A stretch of 63,656 nucleotides of DNA, counting the filler, from Globobulimina sp. (Eukaryota): NCBI GenBank assembly GCA_003354225.1. It is 32 parts of 32 records of this genome, joined end to end, with 100 filler letters (N's around TTAATTAATTAA, not from the genome) between each part and the next. Parts side by side here need not be neighbours in the genome. Positions count along the whole stretch, not along the records: positions 1 to 1,894 come from PIVH01010825.1; positions 1,995 to 3,888 come from PIVH01010826.1; positions 3,989 to 5,882 come from PIVH01010827.1; positions 5,983 to 7,876 come from PIVH01010828.1; positions 7,977 to 9,870 come from PIVH01010829.1; positions 9,971 to 11,864 come from PIVH01010830.1; 26 more parts are not named here. One strand, given 5' to 3'. Position numbers and translations under genes: made by a program. The notes beneath the pieces are model-generated. The model worked only from the letters and a program-made list of their open reading frames with translations, searched no databases and was not told where the DNA came from. Each line of letters begins with the position of its first letter. The first letter of the stretch is position 1. Shown one piece after another: positions 1 to 10,689 of this stretch.

Positions 1-1894
1 CATAGCTATGACAACGCGAATCCAAATCAATCGCAATCTCAGCACATAACAAATACATTACACCGAGGGCGTGGTCGTGGCCGTGGCCGTGGTTCCACTA
101 TGCATCCACGAACACCATCATCAGCTGACACCAATAACAATAATAAACCAACAACAGGAGGCAGAGGCAGAGGCAGAGGGAGACGAGGAAGAGGCACTAA
201 CATTAATACTATTTCAATTCCAAAACAATCAAAGCGTAAACCAAAAGGTCCCAAACGACAAAAAAACCAACCCATAACCTCGCGTGCGTCTCATTTTAGT
301 GCTGGTCAAGAAATCAAGGAATGGCAAAAAACTCCAACCGTACTCTTACGTGAATGGTGTCAGGTACATACCTCCATCCATCCGCACATACAGCCACATG
401 CATTATAATTATCTATACCAGCAACACAAACGTCAAAATCCGAGATTTGTGTCCGCGTACATTAGCAACTCTGACTTAGAACTCTTTAGCAAACGCTATG
501 GAATTCCAATCCAAAATGCAGCTGCTAAAGCTCACCGACGCAGAGTCATTTTGCCAGATAAAGGCAACGATCGCAGTAAAGATTTAACTTTTTGTTCCAA
601 GGAAGTGTATAAAACACAGAGACACAGTGAACACATGACCAGTTTATTAGCGTTGCATGGTTTATGTCGCTCATTGCCATTAGAAAGAAAACTGCCAGAC
701 TTGTACAAGAATGTGTGGTCGTCGTTCAGCACCGAATACCACAAAGTACACAGTACATCGAAATTTAAATCAAAAAAAGAACGACTGATACATGAAGGTA
801 ACAAGACACTGTATAAGAAAAAGCGAGACAGACAACGGGAACAATGGGAATTTGAGAGATTTGCAGATTTGACGCGCGTTCATATGAATGAGGATTTGCG
901 ACAATATATACAATCTGTTTTGAGACAACAATATATGGAGATACATAATGAAAACGTTAACAGCGGCAAACAGGTAAAATTCTCTCTGTTTATGTCTGGC
1001 GATATCGATATTGATAAGAAGTTGGTAGAAATTGAGCAGGATTTGCGCAGTATACAGCCGCAGCAATGTAGGGATAAAATTGACACATTTTTGCAGATCA
1101 TGATTGATAAGCTGTGTAAGTTGGGTTTCAAGAAAAAAGATTGTAAGAAAGCAACATATTTAACCGCTGGAATAGATTTTATAGCCTCTGCGGAGAGTAT
1201 CGATCAATATGTAACCAATAGGGAGAATTGTACGTTATCTGATGGCACAAAGGTAGTGAAAGCATACAAGGCGAAGGATTACAAGATCAATGTAGAAAAA
1301 TATCTCGCCGATGGTGTGACGTGGCTGTGTTTGCACTTAAAAGAAGATGCATTGCCTCGCAAATATGCTGCCAAAGGCAAACAGTTTGAAATATCAGTGG
1401 TCAATCATAACGCATTGGGCTTTAATAATGACGGTGTGGTGCTTGATGATAGCGATGGAACTGATGATATGCATCTTGCCAATGATGTTGCAAAAGGCAC
1501 ATATTATTGGTTGATACAGTTTGGTTTTCCAAAGAAAATAACTGCGCAATACATCAACGATTGTCCACAGGACAGTAAATATGTTATATTAGGCAAATTG
1601 TATAAGAAATTAATTGACGAGGTTGGCAATACTGCTTTGAAACAATCGCTAGCTTTGGAGGTCACTGAGAGTATGTTGGCGGAAAGTGATGCTGCGATTG
1701 ACAGTGAGTTACAATCATTGCCATTCTTGTTTGAAGGCACTAGCTTCAAAGAATTAAATAACTGCACGCATAAAAATTATATGTGGAGCAAATCTTTTCG
1801 CTTTAAGCATGGTGATGGCTGTGTTGGGATATTGGAGGTTTACAGAGTTATAAAATGCACGCATTTCAGTTGTTATCCTACGCAGATGCCAGTC
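1..1894 (+). CDS. DEAH-box RNA helicase DHX57/YLR419W-like, N-terminal part (RGG, dsRBD-like, UBA-like, start of RWD); partial; intron 364-421
   Basis: Splicing GT(364)..AG(421) joins KTPTVLLREWCQ to QHKRQNPRF; LPLERKLPDLYKNVW and VTWLCLHLKEDALPRKY resemble DHX57/DHX29 N-terminal motifs; helicase core not in contig. Confidence 0.65.
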
Positions 1895-1994
1895 NNNNNN
1901 NNNNNNNNNNNNNNNNNNNNNNNNNNNNNNNNNNNNNNTTAATTAATTAANNNNNNNNNNNNNNNNNNNNNNNNNNNNNNNNNNNNNNNNNNNN
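1895..1994. other. Artificial contig spacer (N44-TTAATTAATTAA-N44); first of 31, recurring every ~1.99 kb
   Basis: Identical 100-nt linker with stops in all six frames; flanking contigs are unrelated and decrease in length. Confidence 0.98.
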
Positions 1995-2467
1995 AAAAAG
2001 TGACAAGTCTTCTCTGCAAATTTGATACCGTCGTTAAAACGTCCGCGCCTCAAATAACTGCTAAATAATGTATTGCAAATGCTTCCTTTGGTTGCAGATT
2101 CTTCAGGATAGTGTCTATCGAATATTCTTGACAGTTGTGACAAGTTATTGGTTTTCAACTGTTGTTCATACATTTTCATGTATTTTAGTGCCAATAAATA
2201 CGGAGAAAATGCATCGTCGATTGGAGTGTATCGGGTCAGTATTATGGCAAATAGTTTTGGTACTTGTTCCGGTTCATAATGTTGAAGAAAATATTGCTTG
2301 ATATGTTGACGAATAGCATGGAGTCCGGATAAGGTATGAGTTGTGTGGCACGCATATTCGCTGGCTACGCAGAAAAGACCGAGCTGCATCAATGGGAGTG
2401 GTATGCTATTTGGTGAAGCAGCTTTAGCAACTTTACAAACAGTGTGGATCCTATCAATAAACTGCAT
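1995..2467 (-). CDS. Hypothetical helical protein, 3' partial
   Basis: ORF from ATG at 2467 runs into the gap; no family recognised. Confidence 0.4.
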
Positions 2468-2509
2468 GTTTTGACTCGTTTGTTTCCAAGAAAGTTTTTT
2501 TTGCTAACA

Positions 2510-3319
2510 ATGTCTGCAGCACTTTCAAATGTCATATTATTGGCATTTGTTTGTGCAAACTCTGATGCATCAAACGATGTCGGTGTTCTTCCATATGTGC
2601 CAGTTATGATTTGTACACAGCGCATGGCCGGGATTCGTGGGCGAATTTTATCTGCCAAAGTCAATCCGTTACGAATCCCGGCATAGTGTTTCTGTATATA
2701 TTTAATATACAAATGAAATAATGCACAGGTTGTGTTTGGTAGATATGATTTATTGGGATACTGGCAATCAAATCAAGCAATTATGGGATCATCACAGTAT
2801 CCATTAAATATAACATCAAAGGATGAGGATGGAACGGAAAGGATTTATCAATTGCAATTTGCAAATGAAGCCAATTTAAATCTATTCCGCACGAATCAAT
2901 CTCATTACTTACCAAAATATGGTGGTTTCTGAGATTGGGGAATATGTTGTGAATTATCGCCGGGTTGGCCGTGGACATCAAACCATTTGGGGCCGCCGGG
3001 TGGATTCGATTCGCAGAACAAAGGATGGCGTATTTATCAAAACTCTTTGTATATGGCATTGAGTGATGAGATTAATCTGCGTTTTTTTGACGGGAACCTA
3101 TCGCATATTGCAGATGCAGATAGTCGTTGGGTTGATTGGTTTGGCAGTTTGAATGAAGGCGTGTTGAATTTTTTGTGTTTGACCGGCACGCCGGGAATGG
3201 ACGAATGCGGCGCATCTGGACAGCCAAAAGCTCCCGCAACAAATAGTAGTAATGAAATATATCGCATTTTAAAACAAAATCAAATTAGCCCGTTTTTACA
3301 AAGTCTTAAAGGGGTTTAA
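2510..3319 (+). CDS. Secreted YHS-domain (seleno)protein with in-frame TGA at 2930-2932; proposed exons 2510-2582, 2621-2685, 2729-3319
   Basis: VFGRYDLLGYW..FANEANLNLFRTNQSHYLPKYGGF*DWG..WRIYQNSLY..IADADSRW follows the YHS (seleno)protein pattern; ORFs 2732-2932 and 2987-3319 are in the same frame, separated only by the TGA; N-terminal hydrophobic MSAALSNVILLAFVCANS; 5' exons are inferred. Confidence 0.75.
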
Positions 3320-3430
3320 ACTTTAAATGAATAATAATTATTAATATTAATTTACGCAGAATAAAATAAGCAGAAAGTAAATAATAAATCAACTTGCGAT
3401 CAAATGGCAGCATATAGCTTTCATGTATTT

Positions 3431-3465
3431 GTGATAATATATTTTGTTATAAAAATATATTTGAT
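3431..3465 (+). promoter_or_regulatory. Candidate non-canonical SECIS-like hairpin in 3' UTR
   Basis: GTGAT + 10-bp stem AATATATTTT/AAAATATATT + TGAT gives a UGAN/NGAN tandem-GA core; apical AA not in canonical position. Confidence 0.35.
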
Positions 3466-4104
3466 GTTTGACCTCAGTGGAATAGTTGTCATTTTTTCTT
3501 TTTTGGTTTATGTTTTTATTTGTTTTTTTATATTCTGTTTGCTTATAAAACGCATGAATTTATTGTTCGATCTGGGCAAACCTCTAAATCTGAAACGAAA
3601 ACATAGATTCATAAATTTCATGCATTGTTCGATCTTGCATGGCCCCACTCAAGCAAGTTCACCTAGCAACTTTCAAGGACACACTTTGCCACCAGGACAT
3701 GACATAGTTACCGATCATAGCAACAGCGGCTTCGGGATGTGAGTAATGCTGGAGCGGTGCTTCAGGCGGAAGTGCAAGCGGGGGGAAGGTCAGCTGTTAT
3801 ACGGGAACTTATTTTTATTAACCAGCAGCGGCAGAGTCAATTTCAAGCCCGAATTCACTCAGTCCGCTCCTTCTTTCCTGCACCAGTCNNNNNNNNNNNN
3901 NNNNNNNNNNNNNNNNNNNNNNNNNNNNNNNNTTAATTAATTAANNNNNNNNNNNNNNNNNNNNNNNNNNNNNNNNNNNNNNNNNNNNCGAGAAACGTTC
4001 GGCGCATATTTTGCGGATCAACAATGTGGATCTTTTGGTGTTGTGGAGCAGCATTGCGGTGCACTTCGAACTGCGCCTCAAAGCGTTTTCATGTTTAACA
4101 TTAA

Positions 4105-5070
4105 ATGCTCAACATGAAAAACTTTACCTCTGTAATGTCGAGCATGCAGTCATGTCCTCCTTCGTCTGAAAGTGAAGGGGAACCGCAAAGTCAGTCGGAT
4201 TGTGAATTACAAATGCAATCTCAATCCGATGCACGCAATCACAACAATCACAACAGTGATGACCAGTCACAACAATCACAACAACAACAACAACAACAAC
4301 AAGAATTACACAACGATGACGACAATATTCCTCCTATGATAGTAAGCAATGCGACAGAATCTACGTATTTGGACATTTCGTATGAAAGTAATGATGATAA
4401 CGAATTGGATGAATTAATAAATAATATAATAATTAATGAAGAATACAGCACGAATGAAGATATCAGTATTAAATGGATTGGGAATCAATTAAAGGTTTTT
4501 ATTTATAAAGAATTACATAAATTATTGGATGATGACATCGAATCGCTACCGCTCTCTATGACGCCGTTATTAAAGAATACAAATTATTACAACTATCAAA
4601 CAAAAAGAAACCACCCAAACACCAACATACCAAAAGTATCAGTATTATATGACCCACCAGAATCAAATTATTATTCGTTCGTAGCAGTTGGAGATCTGGA
4701 CGCAGTGACAAAAGCAACTAAAATGGATTACATTGCTGGGCGACATGGAGCGAAATTAATTGTATTTAAATGCACCGGCACTAAATTTTGCGATAAGAAA
4801 ATATGTACGAAATATGTACATAAATCGAATATAAAACCGGATTATGGCAACACAAAGAAGCATAAAAAAGATGGAATGATATATTGTAAAGGCGATAAAA
4901 GAAACAAACACAAACTGACACAGAAATCGTGTCAACATATTATGATAATATTACAAAACGCAAATATTTTAAATAGTGATGATTATAAATTAATTATCAA
5001 AATTAATGCACATCAAAAAATGTGTCATTATGTACCTGTCTACGAGAAACGGCAGAGTACGTTTGCAATG
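4105..5070 (+). CDS. Hypothetical protein: polyQ/acidic N-terminus plus Cys/His-rich (GCM/WRKY-like?) domain; probably continues after intron donor at 5071
   Basis: Long ORF; FKCTGTKFCDKKIC..IYC..SCQH..AHQKMCHYVP; ATG|GTATGT donor. Confidence 0.45.
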
Positions 5071-5122
5071 GTATGTTTTTTTTATATAAATATTCTGCTT
5101 TGAATGCCTTCCAAGACATTGA

Positions 5123-5510
5123 GCCAAAAACACACCCAACAAATCCTCGCATCATACACGCCAAAATCACACCCAACAAATCAACGCATCATACACGCCA
5201 AAATCACACCCAACAAATCCACGCATCATACACGCCAAAAACACACCCAACAAATCCACGCATCATACACGCCAAAATCACACCCAACAAATCCTCGCAT
5301 CATACACGCCAAAAACACACCCAACAAATCCACGCATCATACACGCCAAAATCACACCCAACAAATCCACGCATCATACACGCCAAAAACACACCCAACA
5401 AATGTATGTTACAATATTATGTATTTATGGGCATGTATAGCCGGCAAGTTGTCGGCTAAAACACACCCAACAAATCCTCGCATCATACACGCCACGCCAA
5501 AAACACATCC
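5123..5510 (+). repeat. 37-bp minisatellite, ~7.5 copies plus 1-2 further copies
   Basis: Unit GCCAAAA(A/T)CACACCCAACAAATCC(A/T)CGCATCATACAC starts at 5123, 5160, 5197 and onward. Confidence 0.95.
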
Positions 5511-6224
5511 AATAGTACGGCTATCTCAATAGTCACACAAAAAATATGATTTATGATGTGGCAGCGAATCTGTATCCCCGTGAGGGTGATCGTATAGTAC
5601 GCATTAGTGTACTGCTGCGACCTTGTGGTAGAGATCACCATTGAGGATGCTCTTGATCTCCGTCTGTATCCTAGATACATATCGAATCTTATGCTGAATC
5701 TGGTGTAGGTTCCCAAGGAACGACATCTCTGCAACGCTGACTTACATCCCAACCCAGTCAGCCTCCGACGCACAGGACACTATATATATAAAAGTGACTA
5801 CCACCGCTCTCTGACCTGGCTTCACGAGAGCGAGGTCATAATAGTGCGCCCATCGATCGCAATTAGATTCCCCATCAGACTGNNNNNNNNNNNNNNNNNN
5901 NNNNNNNNNNNNNNNNNNNNNNNNNNTTAATTAATTAANNNNNNNNNNNNNNNNNNNNNNNNNNNNNNNNNNNNNNNNNNNNAAAGAGTTAAATCAATTA
6001 AATCAAACACAATTCAAAATATCATTAAATATCACAAAAAATTCATATGGTTATAAAGAAGATACGTTATGTATTGATCGACAGTAATATTAATAAATTA
6101 TTGCTCTGACTTATTTTTAATTTTTTGCTGTGTGTTTCCGTTTTTCGTCTGTCCTAAAAACCACGTCCAATATGGACGGACTATTTCCTTTTAAAACAAA
6201 ATATATTGAATATTAGCAATCGAT

Positions 6225-7448
6225 TCAAGTTTGAAAAGAGGAAATTAAATTCATCAATTTCTTTTGTTGAAACTCATCAAACGTCATATCTCGTTTTGAT
6301 TCTTTAATCCCACCATATTTAGCATCATTAGATATTGTTTTATTTTTGAAATTAACTCCACAAAATTGCTCATATTGTTTTAATGTTCTTTCCATTCCCA
6401 ATCCCAAACCATTCATTGTCACTATTTCTCCATTTAATAATGCATTAACTTTCTCTTTGGATTTATTTTCCAACAAAACCAATCTTTGTTTATTTCCCTC
6501 CATATCAATGACAAACAATTCCCTCCAAACCCCTTTTCTTAAAATATTTTTTCTATCCCATAAATGATAACAAATCGAATGTGTTGGACTATAAAAATTA
6601 TATCCATTCGTATATAATCTCGCTGCATTCACCGATTCTTCGCCAAAAAACAAACATTTTAAATCCGGATCCTGTCCACAATCAATAATCACAGTCGATA
6701 AACTAAAATTAAATCCAGCCGCAAAAAATAATGATAACATTGGTTTGGATGGATATTTATAAAATTTCTTTGCTTTAATCCGTAAAAATCCGTCCTTTCC
6801 AAATTTATCCGCACATAACAATGACGATCGTTTATCCAATAATGACATATCAACAATGTTACTACCTTTCCAATCTTTGATTGTTTGAAAATGTTTATTT
6901 AATAATGACAAATATTGGCTATCATACGAATTTGGATAAGTTGTAATAACCGCTTTTCTATCATTACATAAATGGTATTGTCGAATTAATTCGTTATCCC
7001 AATCTTTAATAAATCGCATATGACAATCAATTTGCAAATAATATTTTTCATTGTTAAACAATTGACTTTGCACTAAATAGCGGGCATAAACTGGTCCTCG
7101 CGCGGCACCAAAAGGAACAAACAATGTACGGATGTTTTTACTAAGTGATGATTGTGCTAATTGCGAGTAATGATAATTGATATCTGGTGCATCTTTGCTT
7201 GGATCATATTGTAAACAGTATCCAATATAAACACGTGACGGATTGGACGCTTTTTCAAATAAATCAAGCAATGTATATTGTCCTTCACAATCTCGATAAT
7301 TTATAACAGAGACAAATATTTTCGAATCGGACATCTCTTTTTCCTCAATTTTTTGTTCGAATGTTTCTAATTCAGATGCAAGTGATTGTGCCATGTTTAT
7401 TGCGTGTTTTGATTGTTTCAACGCTTCCTTTGTTAGCTGGGCTGCCAT
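6225..7448 (-). CDS. GT60 GlcNAc transferase ([Skp1]-hydroxyproline N-acetylglucosaminyltransferase, Gnt1-like)
   Basis: IFVSVINYRD, ARGPVYAR, YYLQIDCHMRF..WD, FAAGFNF, LFFGEE, LYTNGYNFYSP..YHLW; intronless. Confidence 0.85.
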   Translation of the reverse strand: MAAQLTKEALKQSKHAINMAQSLASELETFEQKIEEKEMSDSKIFVSVINYRDCEGQYTLLDLFEKASNPSRVYIGYCLQYDPSKDAPDINYHYSQLAQSSLSKNIRTLFVPFGAARGPVYARYLVQSQLFNNEKYYLQIDCHMRFIKDWDNELIRQYHLCNDRKAVITTYPNSYDSQYLSLLNKHFQTIKDWKGSNIVDMSLLDKRSSLLCADKFGKDGFLRIKAKKFYKYPSKPMLSLFFAAGFNFSLSTVIIDCGQDPDLKCLFFGEESVNAARLYTNGYNFYSPTHSICYHLWDRKNILRKGVWRELFVIDMEGNKQRLVLLENKSKEKVNALLNGEIVTMNGLGLGMERTLKQYEQFCGVNFKNKTISNDAKYGGIKESKRDMTFDEFQQKKLMNLISSFQT

Positions 7449-7492
7449 GATGTACAGTTTCAAATATTCAGTAACAAAACTTTGAGAACAGC

Positions 7493-7876
7493 ATGGCAAC
7501 CTCATGGCTTTCAATTGTTTATTTCTTAATCGTTTTGCCTATGGAAATATCATGTGTTTGGTACGAATCATCGGTTTCTTTACCCACAGCAATCTACAAT
7601 CATGTTTGTGGATATTACAATAATTCATTGCATATTGTTGGTGGCAAAACTGGACAATATTCCCAACATTCTTTAAATTATTCCAACTACATTTATTACA
7701 AAATAATGAGTGATGATTTCAATAACATTACAAACAATATATGGCAAAAAGTATCAACACCGAATATGTCTAACATTGAGTGTAAGGGACAATGTTATTC
7801 CGTGTTGGATAACAAAAGATTTATTTTTAATTTTCCATCGTTAGTTATATACAATATGAAGTCATTCAATTTCATG
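7493..7876 (+). CDS. Signal-peptide protein with Kelch-like start, 3' partial
   Basis: Hydrophobic N-terminus; HVCGYYNNSLHIVGG. Confidence 0.5.
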
Positions 7877-7976
7877 NNNNNNNNNNNNNNNNNNNNNNNN
7901 NNNNNNNNNNNNNNNNNNNNTTAATTAATTAANNNNNNNNNNNNNNNNNNNNNNNNNNNNNNNNNNNNNNNNNNNN

Positions 7977-9177
7977 GTAAAGCAGCCATTGCATGGAAAG
8001 TATGGGACCAAAAAAACAGAAACCCATTACAAATCGAACAGGTTGAAGTTGCAGTACCCAAAGACACTGAAGTACGAATAAAATTGTTATTCACTGGCGT
8101 TTGTCATTCGGATATGTACGTTTCACTGTTTTATTATATACACCATACTGATATAAACAAAATAAAATTACATCCAGGCATTGTTTGTCTGGTGTCACAT
8201 ATGGCAGATTCCCCATAATATTGGGTCACGAAGGTATCGGTGTGGTGGAAAGTGTAGGTAACAAAGTAAGCAGTGTACAGCCCGGCGATGCAGTCATTCC
8301 ACTTTGGTTGCCACAATGTCGTAACTGTAAAACCTGTTTATCCAATAAAACAAATTTCTGCGATGGAGCTTTATTTGGTCATCTCTTACCTGATGGCACC
8401 ACGCGCTTTAAAGCTTGCTCAAATGGCGCAGAGTTAGCATCCTTTATTGGCACAGCAACGTTCAGTCAATATACGGTAGTGCCGGAATATTCCGTTGCTA
8501 AAATCAATAAAAAAGTGTTATCAAATAATTTAGGGTCAGAAGCTTGTTTATTAGCATGTGGTGTTACAACGGGTATAGGCTCAGCACGCAATACATTGGC
8601 TGTTACAAAAGGTTCTGTGGCGGCTGTGTTTGGTTTGGGTGGTATTGGTTTATCAGTGGTCCAAGGCTGCCGTCTGAATGAATGCAGCAGAATTATTGCC
8701 ATTGATATCAATCCGAACAAGTTCGAAATAGCAAAGAAAATGGGAGCCACAGAATGTATCAATCCGTTGGATCATCCAAATAAACGAATTGAAAAAGTAA
8801 TCATGGAGTTGACTGGTGGCGGCGTTGATTATTCATTTGAATGTGTTGGGATACCGTCTTTAATGCGATCTGCATTGGAATGTACGCATCGTGGATGGGG
8901 ACAAAGTTGTATTGTTGGTATTGCCGCGGACAAAGCAGAAATAAAAGCGAATCCTATGCAATTGGTGTTGGGTAAATCATGGAAAGGGACATTGTTTGGT
9001 GGTACGAAGGGAAGAGATGAGTTACCTGGAATAGTGGAGGAATATTTGAATGGTAAAATTGATATAAGTACAATAGTCACTGATGTTGTGCCGTTGAGTG
9101 AAATAAATGATGGGTTTTGGTATATGAAAACCAAAAAAGAAGGGAAAATTAGAACCGTTGTTGATTTATGGAAATAA
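7977..9177 (+). CDS. Zn-dependent alcohol dehydrogenase, class-III-derived; 5' partial; intron 8116-8177
   Basis: [60 protein letters not shown]. Confidence 0.92.
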
Positions 9178-9330
9178 GTGACTTTTATTTGTTGTATACT
9201 GTATTTTTTATTTATAGCACATATTTGTAAAGTATAGAGAAAATACTGAGGCAAAACCTTGCAGAAGATTGGAACACTTGCTTTAATTAAGCCATCTCTC
9301 GATCTTCTCTTTCAATCCAAATAACATGAA

Positions 9331-9870
9331 ATGATCATTTTCAAACCAAAGAAATCAAAGAAATCCAAACGATCCAACGATAAAAACAAAGACAAATCAA
9401 AATCTGTTGTAACCAAACAACAACGCAAACACTTTCGGTCTTTATCTATAGAACAGATGAATGGAGCCACATATTCATGGCAAATACGTCGACGACACGA
9501 CCTAATCGAAGGCATATTAAATGCCAAAAACAAACAAAAATTCACCTCCGATCGCTTTAAAGTTGGTGAATTAGAATTTTGTCTCGAACTTTATCCAAAT
9601 GGTTACGACGAAAACAGTGTAGGTTTAACTGATCTGTTCCTCAAATTATGTCATATTCCAAACGAATGGACCGAAGTCTGGATAAATTATCGGCTCTTTT
9701 GCAATGAAACATTATCGTCGTGGACATTTATCCAAAAATTCAAAAAAGGCGGTTTTTGGGGCTGGCACGATGGCTGTCTCTTATTTCACGATTTAAAAAA
9801 GGAAATATTGTCCACTGCGCTGAGCCGAAGCCGAAGTATAACAGACGAGGAAGAAGAAGAGGAAGAGGAG
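9331..9870 (+). CDS. MATH/TRAF domain protein, 3' partial
   Basis: YSWQI, FTSDRFKVGELEFCLELYPNG, DLFLKL, FWGW. Confidence 0.75.
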
Positions 9871-9970
9871 NNNNNNNNNNNNNNNNNNNNNNNNNNNNNN
9901 NNNNNNNNNNNNNNTTAATTAATTAANNNNNNNNNNNNNNNNNNNNNNNNNNNNNNNNNNNNNNNNNNNN

Positions 9971-10689
9971 GTTATTATTATCCATCGCTTCATTGCCAGC
10001 AAAAAATGCGTTATTTGCATCGTCCGACGAATCATCACTCTCTGCACTGTCTGCGCTCTCTGATGAGGAATCTGATGATATGGCCATTGTTGTTGTTGCG
10101 GTGGATGTGGTGGATATGGGCATTGTTGTTGTGGTGGATATGGGCATTGTTGTTGTCGTCGGACAGTGAGTGATAATGCATAGTGTCCAACTTTCTAATG
10201 TTCCTTCAAAACCAGACGAATCATCGTAAACTGAGAGTGTCCAAACAGTCTCAACATCCAATAAATCGCCACCGAATTCATCAGCAAAGGGAGAAATTGG
10301 TAGAACATCATCTGCTCCATATGGACAGCCATAGGGTGTCGTGCTTGAATCTTTGATTTTTGTTTGTATGTCATATTAATAAATAAGAAACAACCTATAT
10401 ACGGACCTGTGACTGTGACATCGAAGTCAATCTGATGACCACATTGACCACCAAAAAATTCAAAACCATTTAAACTAAAATGTAAATCAGCCCCATGTTG
10501 ATGGCTAAATTCGAGTGGAATACTCAGGGAATCAACAAAACAGCCCGATGGTTGCGCTGATATTGTTATATCGTCTTGGATTCGGTCACCGTCAGGAATT
10601 GGTATTGCTGTTGATTGTGTAATACTGATATCGCATTGGGAATAAGCAGCAACAGTGAATAATACGAATGCATACGAGATAAAATCCAT
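9971..10689 (-). CDS. Secreted protein with proprotein-convertase P-domain-like fold and Thr-rich stalk; intron 10351-10406; 3' partial
   Basis: Signal peptide; IPIPD, FSHQHGADLHFSL, WTLSVYDDSSGFEGTLESWTL; GT-AG intron joins the two ORFs. Confidence 0.65.

Noticed and set aside
1895-1994. Regularly spaced TTAATTAATTAA as a biological repeat
   Set aside because: Assembly linker embedded in N runs; neighbouring contigs are unrelated, so no gene cluster can be inferred across gaps
2389-2712. Minus-strand 107-aa ORF
   Set aside because: Overlaps the better-supported plus-strand signal-peptide exons of the YHS gene
2930-2932. Genome-wide UGA reassignment
   Set aside because: Trp is encoded by TGG throughout and TGA terminates other genes; only this conserved-Cys site reads through
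3552-3623. Alternative SECIS at ATGAATTTAT..ATAAATTTCATGC
   Set aside because: The ATGA pairs canonically with TCAT rather than forming a G.A quartet, and it lies next to a probable chimeric junction
5123-5510. CRISPR array (37-bp repeats)
   Set aside because: Units are head-to-tail with no unique spacers, no cas genes, and a eukaryotic context
5022-5532. ORFs of 142-145 aa
   Set aside because: Translations of the stop-free minisatellite
5805-5882. Ribozyme or pseudoknot (TGACCT/AGGTCA and CGCTCTC/GAGAGCG stems)
   Set aside because: No hammerhead or HDV core found; the stems look mutually exclusive; region probably chimeric
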